Shown here: piece by piece, positions 60,933-64,000 of the stretch
Layout: each line of letters begins with the position of its first letter
Numbering within the stretch: the first letter of the stretch is position 1
NCBI GenBank assembly: GCA_030704615.1
Contig: CM060733.1
Location: 64,418,001 to 64,482,000, forward strand
Length of the DNA stretch: 64,000 nt
Source: Takakia lepidozioides
Taxonomy: Eukaryota > Plantae > Bryophyta
Direction of reading: 5' to 3'
Program-made: the position numbers and the translations under genes
The notes under the pieces: generated by a model
The model's input: only the letters and a program-made list of their open reading frames with translations
Databases searched by the model: none
What the model was told of the DNA's origin: nothing

Positions 60933-63900
60933 CTATGGTGAGGATCCGCTATCATTGTCCGATGCATCCCCGCCCTCATGCAAGGATGGCTGCCTTCCAC
61001 CTGCCTCCGAACCTGCACTGCCGCTACCGCTGTTACTCTGAGAAGCCCTCCCCTCAAAAATACCATCCTCACCAGTCGGAACTGTCCACCTGGGTGCGGA
61101 AGTGTCCTCAACATTCCCCTCGCTCTCGGACGCGGATTCTATTACGAACTTCCCTACTCTGCCTTTCACAATTCTATGTTTGGCCTCACGCCTCATTATA
61201 ATTCTCTGCTCATTCCCGTATGTCAATTGCTCTAACCGAGTAGGCCTATCCTCCCTCCTGATGGCTTCTTTGGCAGCCGTGTCTGCATAGGCTGGTAGAA
61301 AAAAGGGCTTCTGGGGACTCGCGAGAAACGATTTTCTGGCAAAGAATGGCCGATGCGATTTTGTCTCCTCCTCTGCAACAGGGTCCGATTCGGGCAAGTC
61401 TCCCAGCTTCTCCTCGTCGGACGACTCTGCAAGGCTGAGTGTACGCACAAACATAGAATGAAGTACATTAGAGAATTCAAACAGGGAATCATCGGCAGGT
61501 TGCATGGTCCCTACAACCGAAACCAATACACTTACTATGGTGCAACTCACTCGAAGACAGGCATTGGGGGAAGCGGCTTCGGGCGCCCCTGCATCGAACG
61601 AATTTCCCGGACTTCCTCCTCTTCATCTTCCTCCTCTCCTTCCACGTCCTCTTCTGCGTTTTTGGGATCCTCAGTCGGAGGCAGACGCTGAAGGCCCGCC
61701 AAATTGTAATCGTACAAGGCCGTATCCCCCTCAAATGAGAACACAAATCGGTTCGACATCCTTCCCGCCCACATACAGGCACCTGCGAATTCATACGACA
61801 CAACCACAGCCAAACTCAAGAATGAGTCGCTTCCTCGCACAAGCAAACATACAGAAACGGAAATGGTGTCAATTTCGGTGCCGCATTCAATTAACGTTCT
61901 CACCTGTATTTGCAGTGACGTCAAGGACCCTGCCTTCAACATCCGTACACGTTTCCATGAGCGTCTGGATGAATGCAGGACTCCTGGTCCTGTCCTGGTC
62001 CTGCCATACCTCCATGGCTTGCCCGACAAATCACAAAGAATGTCCTTCTCTCCCACATGGTTGAACAGGACGTTATACTCCAGTGGATCAACTGTGGAAT
62101 CAACAAGTCTTTCTGCTTCACGTAATTTGAATTTCGAATGTTCCTTCACGAAGCAAAATGCCTGAAAGATAAGAGTCTGCAGAGAAGGAAATGAAAACGT
62201 CAGAGGTGGCCTACACGTACAGGGGCAATTTCGGCGCAGAAATTGACATAGCAGAGGAGAACCACAGCATACCTTCTGGCCATCGTTGAGAAGACCCTGC
62301 GTGTTGATGCAAGTCCAGATCTTTTTCAGGATGGGTGCTGCACTTCTCCCCGTCCATACTTTGATATCATTCTCAGTGACTTCTCCATCGGCTGCTAGCA
62401 CAACAACACAGCCAACGTCGTCCAACATGTTGGCTGCGAACCCGAATGTGTGGCTCCAGTATCTTTCGTCGTACTTGTTCCACCAGGGAACTGAGCCCAG
62501 CCCAGTATCTCCTGCCCATCCGGGATATCCACAAGGATCATGTCGATGGAGGCTTTCACCGCCCTGCCCCCGACTGTGCTCTTTTTGCCGTGGCTCATCG
62601 CCACAAAATACTCCATCATCTTTGTGTAGCCAGGAGTGTCCTCCATATCATTGCCAGTGGCCTTCCTCTTCCCCTTCCCCTGGTGGGCCTCGATCGCCTT
62701 CCTCAATCTCGTTATCTCCAGCCTTCTGGTCAGAGCAGTTAGGAAATTTTCATTAACACACTCCACAATTGTGGGTGTTTTGAGGACTTCCCTGCCCGCA
62801 ATGTGCACCGCACGGTAGGGTCTGCCAGGTGCATCCTCGTATAGTGATCTCTTCGCAGCCGACCCCCGGAGCGCTGGCCCTTGTGAATTTTCGGACGAGG
62901 TGTGGCCCCCTGGGTGTTTTCCTGCTGGAAATCGTCGTCGGAATCCTCCTCATCTGGCTGACTGTGTTGCTGCTTCTTCTTCTTGGGTGTGGGGGTCTTC
63001 GTCTCTTGCCCCTGTTTGCGCGTTCTTTTCTTCCTGTCCTTGGGCTGCTCAGCTGCCTGCTTCTCCATCTGCTCCTTCGCCAACGCTGCCGCCTTGGCTG
63101 ACTTTCTCAGTGCTTTCTGCTTGGCTGCCTCCTCTGCTTTCAGTCTTTCCGCGTCCTCTGGTTGGGGATCCGATTGCGCCTTCATAGCCCTGGCATTCGC
63201 TTCCTTCTTCAAGTTAACCTCCGAGAGGTCAACGGTCCCACTTGGGAGATCCACATACCAGGGGCAGTCTACCAAATGCTCGGCATGCCACTCCTTCGCC
63301 ATTACTTCTGTGTACATCGTTCCACGACCTCCAGGTGTCCTCCACGCCAGGAAGAATGGTGGAACCCTTTGAATGGCTCCGGACGGAATGAGTGCAAAGT
63401 TTATGTACCTGCAATCACGAGGCAGTTCAACAAAAATCATTCTACCGATGCATCATGCAAGTGGAAGTTGTCAATGCACAAGGTATTTCGGCACCGAAAT
63501 ACGGAGTGGACCGTGCCCCAATTACCCAGAACTCACATCTTGCAGAGGTATATTTCGGCGCCGCAATATCCATCGCTGCTTAACCAAATCATCTAAACTG
63601 CAAATAGGGGGATGCATTGTCAGCAGATTACCTGAACAGGACACGCATTGCCGCTTTGTCGGCACCCTCCTGCTCTTCGATGTATACGCTGCGTCTTGCC
63701 TTTGCAATTTCTCTGAAAAAGAGGTTTGCGAAGCGCCCTCGCCACGACTGCACGTAGTTCTCCATTGTCTCAGGCTTCGTCTAGTCGATCTGTAACTTGA
63801 AAGTGGTGGTGTTGCAGTCCAATTGCTCTTGGGCGTGGGTGAGTACCTGCATCATGGCAGGTTTCCAAAACATTCATGATTTTGAAATTGCGACGATGTC

Positions 63901-64000
63901 CAACACAGAATAGGAAGAAAATTATACCTGATGCCACCAAGTCATGACATTGAGCCAGTCGTTCATTTTGTCGTCTGTTGGCTCGATGGGAAAGTGGTAC
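60933..64000 (-). pseudogene. Diverged paralog of the amino-MTase-like gene (family 2, 3' exons)
   Basis: PPFFLAW..WHAEHLVDCPWYVDL, VECVNENFLTAL, DMILVDIPDG, MLDDVGCVVVLA, KKIWTCINT, GACMWAGR..FSFEGD, and last exon PFFAR..SP / RWTVPTGEDGIFE. Confidence 0.82.

Larger units (their letters stand above)
60242..64000. mobile_element. Left part of a related Mutator-like element (family 2), running off the window
   Basis: Starts GAGGTTTACTTTTTCATGAGC (20/21 identical to the rc right end of copy B), followed by ATGAGC repeats. Carries the paralogous MTase-like gene in the same orientation. Confidence 0.85.

Overview
Eukaryotic, very likely plant, transposon-dense window (GT-AG introns, OTA/Phygy-like Ty3/Gypsy, CACTA, LINE, Mutator). 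I recognise no ordinary host gene. The main result is an apparently full-length ~15.25 kb Mutator-like element (32228-47480) with imperfect TIRs and an exact 10-bp TSD (CCTTGCTGCA). It carries a GCM-type/DDE/SWIM transposase. It also carries a divergently oriented, spliced gene fusing a ParB/Sulfiredoxin-like domain (DGNHR) to a beta-class N6A/N4C methyltransferase-like domain with an altered catalytic motif (DIPD). Between the two genes lie ~28 palindromes GGAAATGCGG-YR-CCGCATTTCC at ~53-bp spacing. A near-identical partial copy (5350-13865) and two diverged relatives (53.5-57 kb, 60.2-64 kb) are also present. Each family has its own palindrome around a shared CGG-YR-CCG core, placed in the same orthologous introns. 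I infer a transposon-encoded ParB/parS-like self-recognition or anti-silencing system; this function is untested. Also present: a Gypsy fragment with a C5-cytosine methyltransferase, a Gypsy family with an extra 5' ORF, a CACTA element with an FCP1/HAD-like domain, LINE fragments and an unclassified repeat family. Many frameshifts are single-base and could be sequencing errors. Domain calls come from motif reading by eye, not database searches.
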